From Actinomycetota bacterium (lineage in GTDB: Bacteria > Actinomycetota > Geothermincolia > Fen-727 > Anoxymicrobiaceae), in assembly GCA_016927325.1 (NCBI GenBank), contig JAFGMY010000043.1, positions 2,612 to 66,611 on the forward strand: 64,000 nt of DNA. The letters are read 5' to 3'. How positions within the stretch are numbered: position 1 is the first letter of the stretch; the number at the start of each line of letters is the position of its first letter. The position numbers and the translations under genes are program-made. Of the stretch, positions 40,320-48,805 are shown one piece after another. The notes beneath the pieces are model-generated. The model was not told where the DNA came from. It saw only the letters and a list, made by a program, of their open reading frames with translations, and made no database searches.

Positions 40320-42659
40320 ATGAGGGACAAATTCTTTTCCAGGATTGCTTCTTTCGTTACGAGGAGAGCATTACTGACTCTCGGTATAGGTATAGTCGTA
40401 ACTGTCATCATGGGTGCTCTTGCGGGTACAATTTCCATTTCCAACAGCTGGGTTGACCTCCTTCCTTCCAAACATAAGCAGGTTGACGCCTTCAAGGAGA
40501 TGAGTGAGAAGCTGGGAAGCACCGATTTCTTCATTGCCATGATAGAGTCCGGCGACCGGGAAGAAGCCAGGCGGGTGTCTGATGAACTTACCGGACTTTT
40601 TCTTGAAGATAAAGAAATCGAATATGTTTTTAATAAAGTCGATCTTCCTTTTTACCGGAGGCAAATGCTCCTGTATCTGAGCCCCGAGGAGCTTGAACAG
40701 CTGCGGGGTGGTCTCGCCGCACTGGCTTCTCTGGACGAACAGGCAGCTGTTCAACAACTGCGGGACGAGCTTAAGACTTTTGATGAAGAGACCATGAAGG
40801 CTTTCGGTTTCGGCTATGACAAGGACGGCTATCTGTTCTCCGAAAACGGGGATTACCTCCTGGTTCTCGCCCAACCGGTCACCGACATGTATGACCTCTC
40901 CTGGACCGTCCCTTTCTGCAGGAAGATGGAAAAAAACGTCAAAACTCTTGATGAAAAATACCCCGACACCCGGATTCTGCTGGGTGGAAACTACTACTTC
41001 GCGTACGAGGAAAAAGTCACAGTCGACAACGACATGATGCTGGTCGCGATTCTTGCGTTGATAGTCGTTGTAGCGCTGTTTGTAATATTCTTCCGGAGCT
41101 GGAGCTACCCCCTGTTGTCTCTATTGTGTCTGATAATGGCTATAGTGTGGACTCTGGGAGTGATGAACCTGGTTTTTGGCCAGTTGAACTTCATTACCAG
41201 TATCCTTGCGGCCATGCTGCTTGGCATAGGGGTTGACTACTCTATTCATGTCTTATCCCGGTATAAGGAGGAGATGCAGCGCCACAGCGACAGCACCAGA
41301 GCATGGATCACTACTTTCAAGCACACCGGTAAAGGGGTGCTTACCGGTGCTGTTACAACCGCGGCGGCAATGTTTCTGATAATGCTGGGCGACAGCAGGG
41401 CGTTTATTGAGACCGGACTGTTCCTTGGTGTTGGGGTCCTGTTCTGTTTCATTTCCGTCGTGCTGTTCCTTCCGGCAATGATTGTGCTTAAAGAGAAAAA
41501 GTGGCCGATGAAGACGGAGAAGATCAAGGGGAAAATGCCTCTTCTCGGCAAGCTGGGCGGGTTCTCGTCAAAGCACTTTGTGATAATCATCCTGGTTGTT
41601 CTTGTTCTGAGCGGGCTGTTCGGATACGGCGTAACTAAGGTTGCATACGAATACGATATGTACGCAATCGAGCCTGAAGGGATCTCCAGCAAGATTGTCA
41701 ACGACAAGCTTGTCGAACAGTTCAATATGAGTCTGGACGGTTCGGTATTATTCACCGATGACATCGACGAAGTAAAAATGTTGGCGGATCAGTTCCGGGG
41801 TGTTTCGACGGTGGGGAAAGTCGAGTCGGTAGTCGACCTCGTACCTCAGGATGTCGATGAAAAGATGGCGATAATCAAGGGGATCAAGGAAAGCTTTTAT
41901 GCTACCGGTTTTTATAAAACCATCGAAGGTACCGATCTGGGCAACTCGGTTAATCAATTACTCGAGGTGCAACCTCTGGGCATTGACTCACTTCCCGAGG
42001 ACATGCGGAAGAGGTTCATCACCGGCGACGGAGAATACGTAATCTACGTTTATCCAAAAGAAGATCCCTGGGACGAAGCCTTTCTTGCCGAATACATAAA
42101 AACAACTCGAAAGGTAGACGAAAGGATTCACGGTGCGCCGACTATTTATCATGACGCGGTCAATTCTCTTAAGGATGATTTTGGAACCGTTACACTGTAT
42201 TCCCTGATTGCCATATTCGTTTTAGTGCTTCTTGATTTCAAAAGATTGGGAAGAGCTGTTTTCGCTTTTCTTCCCCTGGGGATTGCCGTTCTCTGGATGG
42301 TGGGGCTGATGGGACTGATAAATTTCAAGTTTGACATAGTCAATATCATGGTTACGCCAATGGTTATCGGTCTTGGCATCGACTACGGAGTAATCGTCCT
42401 GCACAGGTATATAGAGGAAGGTGAGACACCCAACGGTATCCCCGGGACCCTGGAGGGCACAGGCCGGGCCGTCCTCGTCAGTGGACTCACGACAATCGGC
42501 GTCTTCGGGACTCTGCTTCTTGCCCGGTACAGAGGGTTCCAGCATTTGGGACTTACTGCGGCGATCGGTCTTACGTTCTCGGTACTGGGTGCAATAATAG
42601 TCCTGCCATCGATATTGACCGGCGTAAATTGGATCAAAGAGAAGCTGAAAAAAGCCTGA
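40320..42659 (+). CDS. MMPL / COG1033-type RND superfamily exporter (HpnN-like architecture)
   Basis: 779 aa. Two homologous 6-TM bundles, each with the GxGxDY signature (LLGIGVDYSIHVLSRY and VIGLGIDYGVIVLHRY), separated by large extracytoplasmic loops. Confidence 0.8.
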   Translation: MRDKFFSRIASFVTRRALLTLGIGIVVTVIMGALAGTISISNSWVDLLPSKHKQVDAFKEMSEKLGSTDFFIAMIESGDREEARRVSDELTGLFLEDKEIEYVFNKVDLPFYRRQMLLYLSPEELEQLRGGLAALASLDEQAAVQQLRDELKTFDEETMKAFGFGYDKDGYLFSENGDYLLVLAQPVTDMYDLSWTVPFCRKMEKNVKTLDEKYPDTRILLGGNYYFAYEEKVTVDNDMMLVAILALIVVVALFVIFFRSWSYPLLSLLCLIMAIVWTLGVMNLVFGQLNFITSILAAMLLGIGVDYSIHVLSRYKEEMQRHSDSTRAWITTFKHTGKGVLTGAVTTAAAMFLIMLGDSRAFIETGLFLGVGVLFCFISVVLFLPAMIVLKEKKWPMKTEKIKGKMPLLGKLGGFSSKHFVIIILVVLVLSGLFGYGVTKVAYEYDMYAIEPEGISSKIVNDKLVEQFNMSLDGSVLFTDDIDEVKMLADQFRGVSTVGKVESVVDLVPQDVDEKMAIIKGIKESFYATGFYKTIEGTDLGNSVNQLLEVQPLGIDSLPEDMRKRFITGDGEYVIYVYPKEDPWDEAFLAEYIKTTRKVDERIHGAPTIYHDAVNSLKDDFGTVTLYSLIAIFVLVLLDFKRLGRAVFAFLPLGIAVLWMVGLMGLINFKFDIVNIMVTPMVIGLGIDYGVIVLHRYIEEGETPNGIPGTLEGTGRAVLVSGLTTIGVFGTLLLARYRGFQHLGLTAAIGLTFSVLGAIIVLPSILTGVNWIKEKLKKA

Positions 42660-42675
42660 CCGTTCCCAAACACTT

Positions 42676-42886
42676 AACACATCGCTTCAGGCGGTGCCTC
42701 AGCCCCACAGTAGACGCATACGGGGCCTGTCCAGGCCCCACCGTATTCCTCCTGCACGGGGGTACGTCAAGCCCCGCTGTGTCCCCCACACCCTTCAGGC
42801 GGGGTCTATCAGGCCCCGCTTTCAACACATCGCTTCAGGCGGTGCTGTCAGCACCGAGGTGTTGCAGGCGGGTACAGTTGCCCGCG
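42676..42886. repeat. array of ~6 GC-rich imperfect hairpin units (REP/BIME-like) containing a perfect 22-nt direct repeat
   Basis: AACACATCGCTTCAGGCGGTGC occurs at 42676-42697 and again at 42824-42845. Hairpins: GGGGCCTG/CAGGCCCC (42722-42739), CGGGG/CCCCG (42757-42776), GCGGGG/CCCCGC (42799-42819), CGGTGCT/AGCACCG (42840-42856), GCGGG/CCCGC (42868-42885). The recurring unit resembles CAGGCGG-N-loop-(G)CCCCRC. Confidence 0.6.
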
Positions 42887-42928
42887 ATGTGATTCGATAA
42901 GAATAGGGGAGGACGATAAAGAAATATC

Positions 42929-45826
42929 ATGAGTTCATGGACCAAGAGAATCAGGATCAAAATACCGTTAATATCGGTAATAACAGCGATAATCCTTTTG
43001 TCTATAACTGTTTTGCCTCATGAAAGCGCTTCCGCCGCAGGACCGGCCGCGTACTTCATCTCTACTGCTGGAAGTGATCTAAACGCGGGCACACAAGCGG
43101 CGCCGTGGTCGACTTTCGCACATGCATTTTCGGTTATGGCTCCAGGCGACACCCTGCTTGTCGGGGACGGAACCTATACTGAAAGAATTGAGGATCCGGT
43201 TTCCGGTACGCCGTCTTCCTACACGACGATTGCCGCTGAAAGGGATGGAGGTGTGATTATAGACGGATCGCTCGCCGGCGAGTGGGAAAGCGCGCTGAAT
43301 ATTTATGACGGGCGGTACATCAGGATCGAGGGAATGAAGTTCAGGGGTGGAAGGGCGGACGGAACCGGCAACAGCGCCGCCGCCGTCTACGGCTCGGACC
43401 ACATCAGGATCATGAGGTGCGCCTTTTACGACCCTTCTCTCCGCTCGCGCGAGGAGACCCCGGGCGGGACAAACTATCCGACTTTTTCCATAAGCGGGTG
43501 CAGCTACATGCTGGTAGAGGACTGCTGGGCATGGGGTTATGGAAGGTATAAGTTCGAATCATATAACTCCGACCACGTTATTTTCAGGAGGTGTCTGGCC
43601 CGTTACGACCGCATGAAAGCCCACTATCCAATGGCGGTGTTCTCTATCTATGGTTCACCTTACAACCAGATGCAGAACTGCATGGCGATTGATTCAGATC
43701 AGGACGAGTATTACACGTGCATTGACGAGAGTTCGGAAGGTTTCTACGGTGGGCTCGTTTCCCCGAACAACTCCACGGAAAACAATAACAGGGGGATGAA
43801 GATACTTGGTTGCATGGCGCTGAACGTCAGCGGCGACCAGGGCTGTGGGAGCCTTCTCACCTACGGGGACCAGTACATCAAGGATACCGTAGTCTGGGAC
43901 TGCAGCGGGGGGATCACTTACGGCGTTCCCAACGAGAATGCTTCCGTGTCGGCGGAACACCTTACCTGCGGCGGAATATACGGGGAGCAGAGCGACTATA
44001 CCCCGTCAGGGGGGAACGGCGCGACATGCTGGGAGGACGGGCTGGGGAGTTCAATCACCAACTCTCTATTTGCGAATAACAACGAATACGGCATATTCAA
44101 TTTCAGGGGATCGGACTTCAACGACTTCTATGGTAACGCCGCAGGCGACTACGGCAACTCCTGGGGGCAGAGTCACACCGTCGCCGGGCCGAACGACAGG
44201 TACCTGGACCCGGAAATCAAATATATAACCAGGATTGAGCGGGGGTCTCCGCTGAAAAATGCCGCCTCTGACGGTGGCGATATAGGCGCGACCGTGCTGA
44301 AACGTTACGGGGAGTCCGGGACTCTGTATGGTGAGTCCGGGTTTGAGCGGTTGACGGACCGGGACCTGTGGCCGTGGCCCAACCAGTACCGGATACAAAA
44401 CGATATGGGTGCGTACGTCGGGCCGCCGGCGGGCGTAAGGGGTTTCTGTGCGCCCGGTACCAACCTGACGAAGTATGTCTGGGAGTATCTGGGCAACCCC
44501 GTTCCCGACGATCTTTACCGGCAGTGGTATTTTGCGGAAGGTACTACCCGCGATAACGGCACGGACGGGCGCTTTGAGGAATGGATTTGTCTGCAGAACA
44601 CCGATGACCGCGACGCCTGGGTAACCCTTTATTACATGCTTTCCGACGGATCTGTACGGGTACAAGAGACATGCCTGAGGCCGAGGAGCAGAGCCACCGT
44701 AAGCGTCAACGAATATCTGGGGCCCGACCGCGACACTTCGGTACTGGTTGAAAGCAGCGCGCGTGTCGTGGCTGAGAGACCGATGTATTTCAACTACGGG
44801 GGGTGGTGTACTGGAGGCCATGTAACGGCCGGTGCCACGGAGCCTTCGAAGATCTGGTATTTCGCTGAAGGTACAACCCGTGATAATCCACGTGACGGAC
44901 GGTTTGATGAGTGGTTGTGCCTTCAAAACCCTAACAGCACTGAAGCCCGGGTGAGAGTCTCATATATATTTGCAGCAGGTGACGTTGTTGAATGTGAACA
45001 TACTGTACCGGCAACCGGCAGGAAGACACTCGATGTGGAGGCGGAAGTTGGTTCGGAGCGTGATGTCTCTATTGTGGTGGGAAGCGATATCCCCATTGTT
45101 GCCGAGCGGCCGATGTACTTTGACTATCACGGAAAGTGGACGGGTGGTCACGTTGTAACCGGTGAAGTGTCCGCGGCGACCCGCTGTTACTTTGCGGAGG
45201 GGACAACCAGGGACAACCCGGTTGACGGAAGTTTCGAGGAGTGGATATGCATTCAGAACCCGAATGATGACGAGGCTTGTATTACTGTGATATGTGATAC
45301 AGACAAGGGTGCTTCGTCTTCCACCGATATCCGTTTGCCGCCACGAACCAGGACAACTCTGGATATCAGGGATATCGCCGGACGGGAAGTGGATGTTTCA
45401 GTCGAGATGCATTCCAGCGTCCCTGTTGTCGCCGAGAGGCCTGTTTATTTCAACTACCGCGGGCATATTACGGGTGGACACGATTCATGCGGGGTTGCGT
45501 CTCCCGCCAGGAGGTTCTACTTCGCCGAAGGGACCACCAGGGATGGGTTTGATACCTGGGTTACCGTACTGAACCCACAGGATTCTCCCGTTGTCGTAAG
45601 CTTTACTTATCTTCTGGAAGATCATGAACTGAGTATCACTGAAACAATGAATGCTCACTCGAGAACGACCCGGGATATGAGATTGGACGCGGGGGGCGGT
45701 ATCGATGCTTCCGTGATTGTTGAGGGAGACAAGGCCATTGTCGTCGAGAGGCCGATGTACTTCATCTATCACGGCTGGTGTGCGGGGGGACACGATTCAA
45801 CGGGTTTTCGTGATCCGCTTGAATGA
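42929..45826 (+). CDS. secreted right-handed beta-helix protein with four C-terminal 110-aa tandem repeats
   Basis: Signal peptide MSSWTKRIRIKIPLISVITAIILLSITVLPHESASA/AG. N-terminal cap AYFISTAGSDLNAGTQAAPWSTFAHAFSVMAPGDTLLVGDGTY, typical of PbH1/pectate-lyase-like beta-helix proteins. Four repeats follow, each starting xYFAEGTTRD and ending VAERPMYF.Y....GGH. Confidence 0.75.
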   Translation: MSSWTKRIRIKIPLISVITAIILLSITVLPHESASAAGPAAYFISTAGSDLNAGTQAAPWSTFAHAFSVMAPGDTLLVGDGTYTERIEDPVSGTPSSYTTIAAERDGGVIIDGSLAGEWESALNIYDGRYIRIEGMKFRGGRADGTGNSAAAVYGSDHIRIMRCAFYDPSLRSREETPGGTNYPTFSISGCSYMLVEDCWAWGYGRYKFESYNSDHVIFRRCLARYDRMKAHYPMAVFSIYGSPYNQMQNCMAIDSDQDEYYTCIDESSEGFYGGLVSPNNSTENNNRGMKILGCMALNVSGDQGCGSLLTYGDQYIKDTVVWDCSGGITYGVPNENASVSAEHLTCGGIYGEQSDYTPSGGNGATCWEDGLGSSITNSLFANNNEYGIFNFRGSDFNDFYGNAAGDYGNSWGQSHTVAGPNDRYLDPEIKYITRIERGSPLKNAASDGGDIGATVLKRYGESGTLYGESGFERLTDRDLWPWPNQYRIQNDMGAYVGPPAGVRGFCAPGTNLTKYVWEYLGNPVPDDLYRQWYFAEGTTRDNGTDGRFEEWICLQNTDDRDAWVTLYYMLSDGSVRVQETCLRPRSRATVSVNEYLGPDRDTSVLVESSARVVAERPMYFNYGGWCTGGHVTAGATEPSKIWYFAEGTTRDNPRDGRFDEWLCLQNPNSTEARVRVSYIFAAGDVVECEHTVPATGRKTLDVEAEVGSERDVSIVVGSDIPIVAERPMYFDYHGKWTGGHVVTGEVSAATRCYFAEGTTRDNPVDGSFEEWICIQNPNDDEACITVICDTDKGASSSTDIRLPPRTRTTLDIRDIAGREVDVSVEMHSSVPVVAERPVYFNYRGHITGGHDSCGVASPARRFYFAEGTTRDGFDTWVTVLNPQDSPVVVSFTYLLEDHELSITETMNAHSRTTRDMRLDAGGGIDASVIVEGDKAIVVERPMYFIYHGWCAGGHDSTGFRDPLE
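44525..45823 (+). repeat. four in-frame tandem repeats with an exact 330-nt (110-aa) period inside the secreted protein gene
   Basis: Repeat starts at 44525, 44855, 45185 and 45515 (residues 533, 643, 753, 863). Conserved blocks: YFAEGTTRDN, F[ED]EW[IL]C[LI]QNP, VVAERPMYF[ND]Y, GGH. The copies differ mostly at synonymous third positions. Confidence 0.9.
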
Positions 45827-45881
45827 GTTGATCCCGCTGAAAGAGGGTTCCTCCAGACGATCCGGCAGCCAGGTGATACAG

Positions 45882-46391
45882 CTACCAGGTAACCCTTTCG
45901 TTCTTGTCTTTAAGCCAGCCTATTCTCACTCTGCCCGGTGCGCGGAATCCCGGAACGTAAGGTTTGATATCCAGAAGCGGGGTCCCATCAAGGACGTCTA
46001 TGTTTTCGACTTCCAGAACGTTGCCGTCGACTTTAAGCAGTTTTACGACGGATATGCCTATTGGATTAGGCCTGGCAAAATGCCTGATCGCGAAGATGCC
46101 ATGCGGCTCACCGTCCAGAAAAGGCTTTCTTGTAAGCTGGACATCCTCCGGGCCTCCCGCAAGGTGAAAATAGTAAATGAGCTTTATATGCGAAAACCCA
46201 TCGATATCTTTCAGGCCCTCTTCATATTCTGAATAAACGACGACCTGCCCCTTCGCTTTATCCGCAAAGGCAGGCTGAATGGGAATCCCCTCCGTCTTCT
46301 TGAAGGGAGAGTGGATAATGCCAACCGGTTTCATCTCTATAATCGGGCTGTAGTCACCGTGCAAGATTACCTCCCAGGTTTGATTGCACAC
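45882..46391 (-). CDS. trmO: tRNA (t6A37) methyltransferase TrmO / TsaA (YaeB) family
   Basis: MKPVGIIHSPF...GFSHIKLIYYFH...HGIFAIRHFARPNPIGISVVKLLKVDGNVLEVENIDVLDGTPLLDIKPYVP. GTG start as listed; ATG 46334 is an alternative. Confidence 0.85.
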   Translation of the reverse strand: MCNQTWEVILHGDYSPIIEMKPVGIIHSPFKKTEGIPIQPAFADKAKGQVVVYSEYEEGLKDIDGFSHIKLIYYFHLAGGPEDVQLTRKPFLDGEPHGIFAIRHFARPNPIGISVVKLLKVDGNVLEVENIDVLDGTPLLDIKPYVPGFRAPGRVRIGWLKDKNERVTW

Positions 46392-46737
46392 TGCAACTAT
46401 ATCTTATATTTAAACGGAAGCACGCGCTCTGGGTCAACGAGGTCCCGCGAAGGCCGCGGTTCATCGGTGCCGCTTTGTCCTCCGAAGACGGTTTACGCTT
46501 TTTCCCGGGCTCCGAATCTGCTTAAACCGGTCATTTAACCATAGGCCGGTCCGGCCCGGGACGACACCGTTACCCTTGCGAACCCGCTATTCCCTGAAGG
46601 CAACGGGCTCAGAATATTCTGCATCGGACACCCGATGGTCGCCGAGCGCTTTGTACTGGAACTCAACCGCCGGCGTGTACCGCCAGGCTGCCCACGACTC
46701 GATCGGTCTTGATCCCTGAGCCGGAAAAAATGAAGCA

Positions 46738-46774
46738 AAGGGGCCGGGTTTTATCACCGGTCCCTTATTTATAT
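46738..46774. terminator. strong hairpin with U-rich flanks in an ORF-free gap (orientation ambiguous)
   Basis: AAGGGGCCGG (46738-46747) pairs with CCGGTCCCTT (46757-46766): 10 bp with one G-U and a 9-nt loop. It is followed on the plus strand by ATTTATAT, and on the minus strand by TGCTTCATTTTTT. Confidence 0.4.
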
Positions 46775-46923
46775 GAAAGCAGGTTGTAAAAAATGAGTTC
46801 GTTTAGTATATGATAAAAAAGTATGTATGCTTTGTTGATTCTTTGATGCAGGTATTCGCCGGCAAGACGCCGGCATGCATGAAGTGCCGTTCGATTTCAG
46901 AAGACTGGTTATATGTGTAATTT

Positions 46924-48150
46924 ATGCTTGAGAACGTAATTCCGAACAACGCGAACTTCATAGCCATGGCGCTGGGCGCATCGCTATTACTGGGATGGGG
47001 TGCCGGCCTGCTGTGCAGGAAAATAAAAGTACCGATGGTTGTGGGGTATATAGTCGTCGGGATAATCGTCGGAAAATCGGTTCTCGGGGTATTCAACGGA
47101 GGTAACATCGAGGGGCTGGTTTACTTCACTTATATCGCCCTTGCGGCAATCGGCTTCGATATCGGAGGAGAACTCGCCTGGAGGAAAGTGAGAGCGCTGG
47201 GAAAGTCGATTATATCGATTTCTCTTCTTGAAACACTGGGAGCCTTCATTTGTGTAACCCTGGCGGTTTACATCTACACAAGGGAGCTTTATATCGCGCT
47301 GGTGTTCGGCGCGCTGGCTACCGCTACCGCCCCGGCGGCCACCGTGGACGTGCTGAGGGAATACCAGTCGTCCGGCCCTTTGACCACCACGACGTTTGCC
47401 GTGGTTGGAATCGACGATGCTTACGCGGTGATAATCTATTCTTTCTCGATATTTCTGGCCAAGACGATCATTACGCACAAGGATTTGAACGTCCTGGAGG
47501 CCATCTATAGACCGACAATGGATATAGTCGGGGCGGTAGCCCTCGGATTCGCGGTGGGGGTAGTATTCCTTTTCCTGATACGCAACTACACTGCCAGAAG
47601 AGGCTTGCTGGTAATGACCTGGGGCGCGATAATTCTTGTCACCGGCCTTGCGAATTTGCTTAACATATCACTGATACTGGCTAATATGTCCCTGGGACTT
47701 ACGGTAGTCAACGTCACCCGCTGGAAGCGTGAAGACCTTTTTAACCTGATGAGAGAGACGACACAGCCGTTTTTCGTGATATTTTTCGTTATCGTGGGAG
47801 CGCAGCTGGATGCGGCGAAACTACTCGGCCTCGGGGTCATAGGCGTACTTTATATTGTTTTCAGATCATCCGGGAAGATGGGGGGAGCTTATCTGGGTGG
47901 AGTGATATCGAATTCTCCTGAAAATGTTAAAAAATATCTGGGTTTGTGTCTGTTTTCACAGGCTGGTGTAGCGATCGGTCTGGCGACGCAGACGCAGATA
48001 ACTTTCGGCGGCGGACGGTTCGGCGCCGCCGGGGTGGAGCTTGGCGTCATGGCGATAAGCGTTATCGCGGCCACGTCGCTGGTGTTCCAGCTTATCGGGC
48101 CGTCTAGTACGAGGTACGCTATTTTCAAGGCGGACGAGGCTAACATCTAA
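46924..48150 (+). CDS. cation:proton antiporter (CPA2/Kef-type Na+/H+ exchanger family)
   Basis: 408 aa with ~12 predicted TM helices and sequence character typical of the Na_H_exchanger family. No RCK/TrkA domain is fused. Confidence 0.7.
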   Translation: MLENVIPNNANFIAMALGASLLLGWGAGLLCRKIKVPMVVGYIVVGIIVGKSVLGVFNGGNIEGLVYFTYIALAAIGFDIGGELAWRKVRALGKSIISISLLETLGAFICVTLAVYIYTRELYIALVFGALATATAPAATVDVLREYQSSGPLTTTTFAVVGIDDAYAVIIYSFSIFLAKTIITHKDLNVLEAIYRPTMDIVGAVALGFAVGVVFLFLIRNYTARRGLLVMTWGAIILVTGLANLLNISLILANMSLGLTVVNVTRWKREDLFNLMRETTQPFFVIFFVIVGAQLDAAKLLGLGVIGVLYIVFRSSGKMGGAYLGGVISNSPENVKKYLGLCLFSQAGVAIGLATQTQITFGGGRFGAAGVELGVMAISVIAATSLVFQLIGPSSTRYAIFKADEANI

Positions 48151-48171
48151 AGAGAGGGGTGTATCGATATT

Positions 48172-48615
48172 ATGTTCGATACGGAACAACAGGATGAGAA
48201 CACCTACCCTTACCTGGAAGGAAGGGTTGACGATGTCATGGCGACCGAGCCGTTGATTGTGGTTGAGGACGAGCCGATACAGAAGCTTATCGAAATTTTT
48301 ATCGAGTACCAGTTCTGCGGTATGCCGGTGGTGAACTCGAAAGGAAACCTGGTGGGTGTGGTAAGAGACTCCGACCTTGTGTCGATATTCGCGCGCAAGG
48401 AACCGGCCACGGTCAAGTCGAGCAAGGTCAAGGACATTATGCATGTCCCGCCTTTTACGATCGGCCTTGGCGATACCGTTCAGAAGGCGGTGTCGAAGAT
48501 GTTCGCCGACGGCACGAGGTTCCTCGTTGTCATAGACAAGAACAAGGATATCGTCGGCGTGGTGACACGAATCGACCTGGTGAAGGCGATTCGCTTCCGG
48601 GAAGACGACAACTGA
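48172..48615 (+). CDS. CBS-pair domain protein
   Basis: 147 aa. Two CBS motifs (GMPVVNSKGNLVGVVRDSDL and RFLVVIDKNKDIVGVVTRIDL). Lies 21 nt downstream of the antiporter gene. Confidence 0.8.
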   Translation: MFDTEQQDENTYPYLEGRVDDVMATEPLIVVEDEPIQKLIEIFIEYQFCGMPVVNSKGNLVGVVRDSDLVSIFARKEPATVKSSKVKDIMHVPPFTIGLGDTVQKAVSKMFADGTRFLVVIDKNKDIVGVVTRIDLVKAIRFREDDN

Positions 48616-48805
48616 GAGCAGTTTACGGGAGTGGTCCCGGACTACGAATCCTTTAGCATATATGCTGATGCTAGAATCGGCTGCGGCCTTTTTCTTACCT
48701 GCCTCCCCGGGTATTAATACACATGCTCTGTTCGCACTGCATATTGATTATGGGAAAGTGGGAGAATAGAACGAAACAGGTTGAGGTTAACCCCTGGAGG
48801 TTAAA

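Noticed and set aside
42676-42886. Repeat array considered as a CRISPR array.
   Set aside because: The units are imperfect and of variable length. There are no constant-length unique spacers, only one pair of identical 22-mers, and no cas genes in the window.
46430-46740. Possible FKBP-type PPIase pseudogene on the minus strand (fragments ...VEFQYKALGD...EPVAFRE*RVRKGNGVVPG...), or RNase P RNA, tmRNA, SRP RNA or a c-di-AMP riboswitch.
   Set aside because: Similarities are limited to a few residues or nucleotides. The diagnostic cores are absent: GAGGAAAGUCC for RNase P, the tRNA-like 3' end for tmRNA, and GGUCCGGAAGGAAGCAGC for SRP. It is kept only as an unassigned region in the findings.
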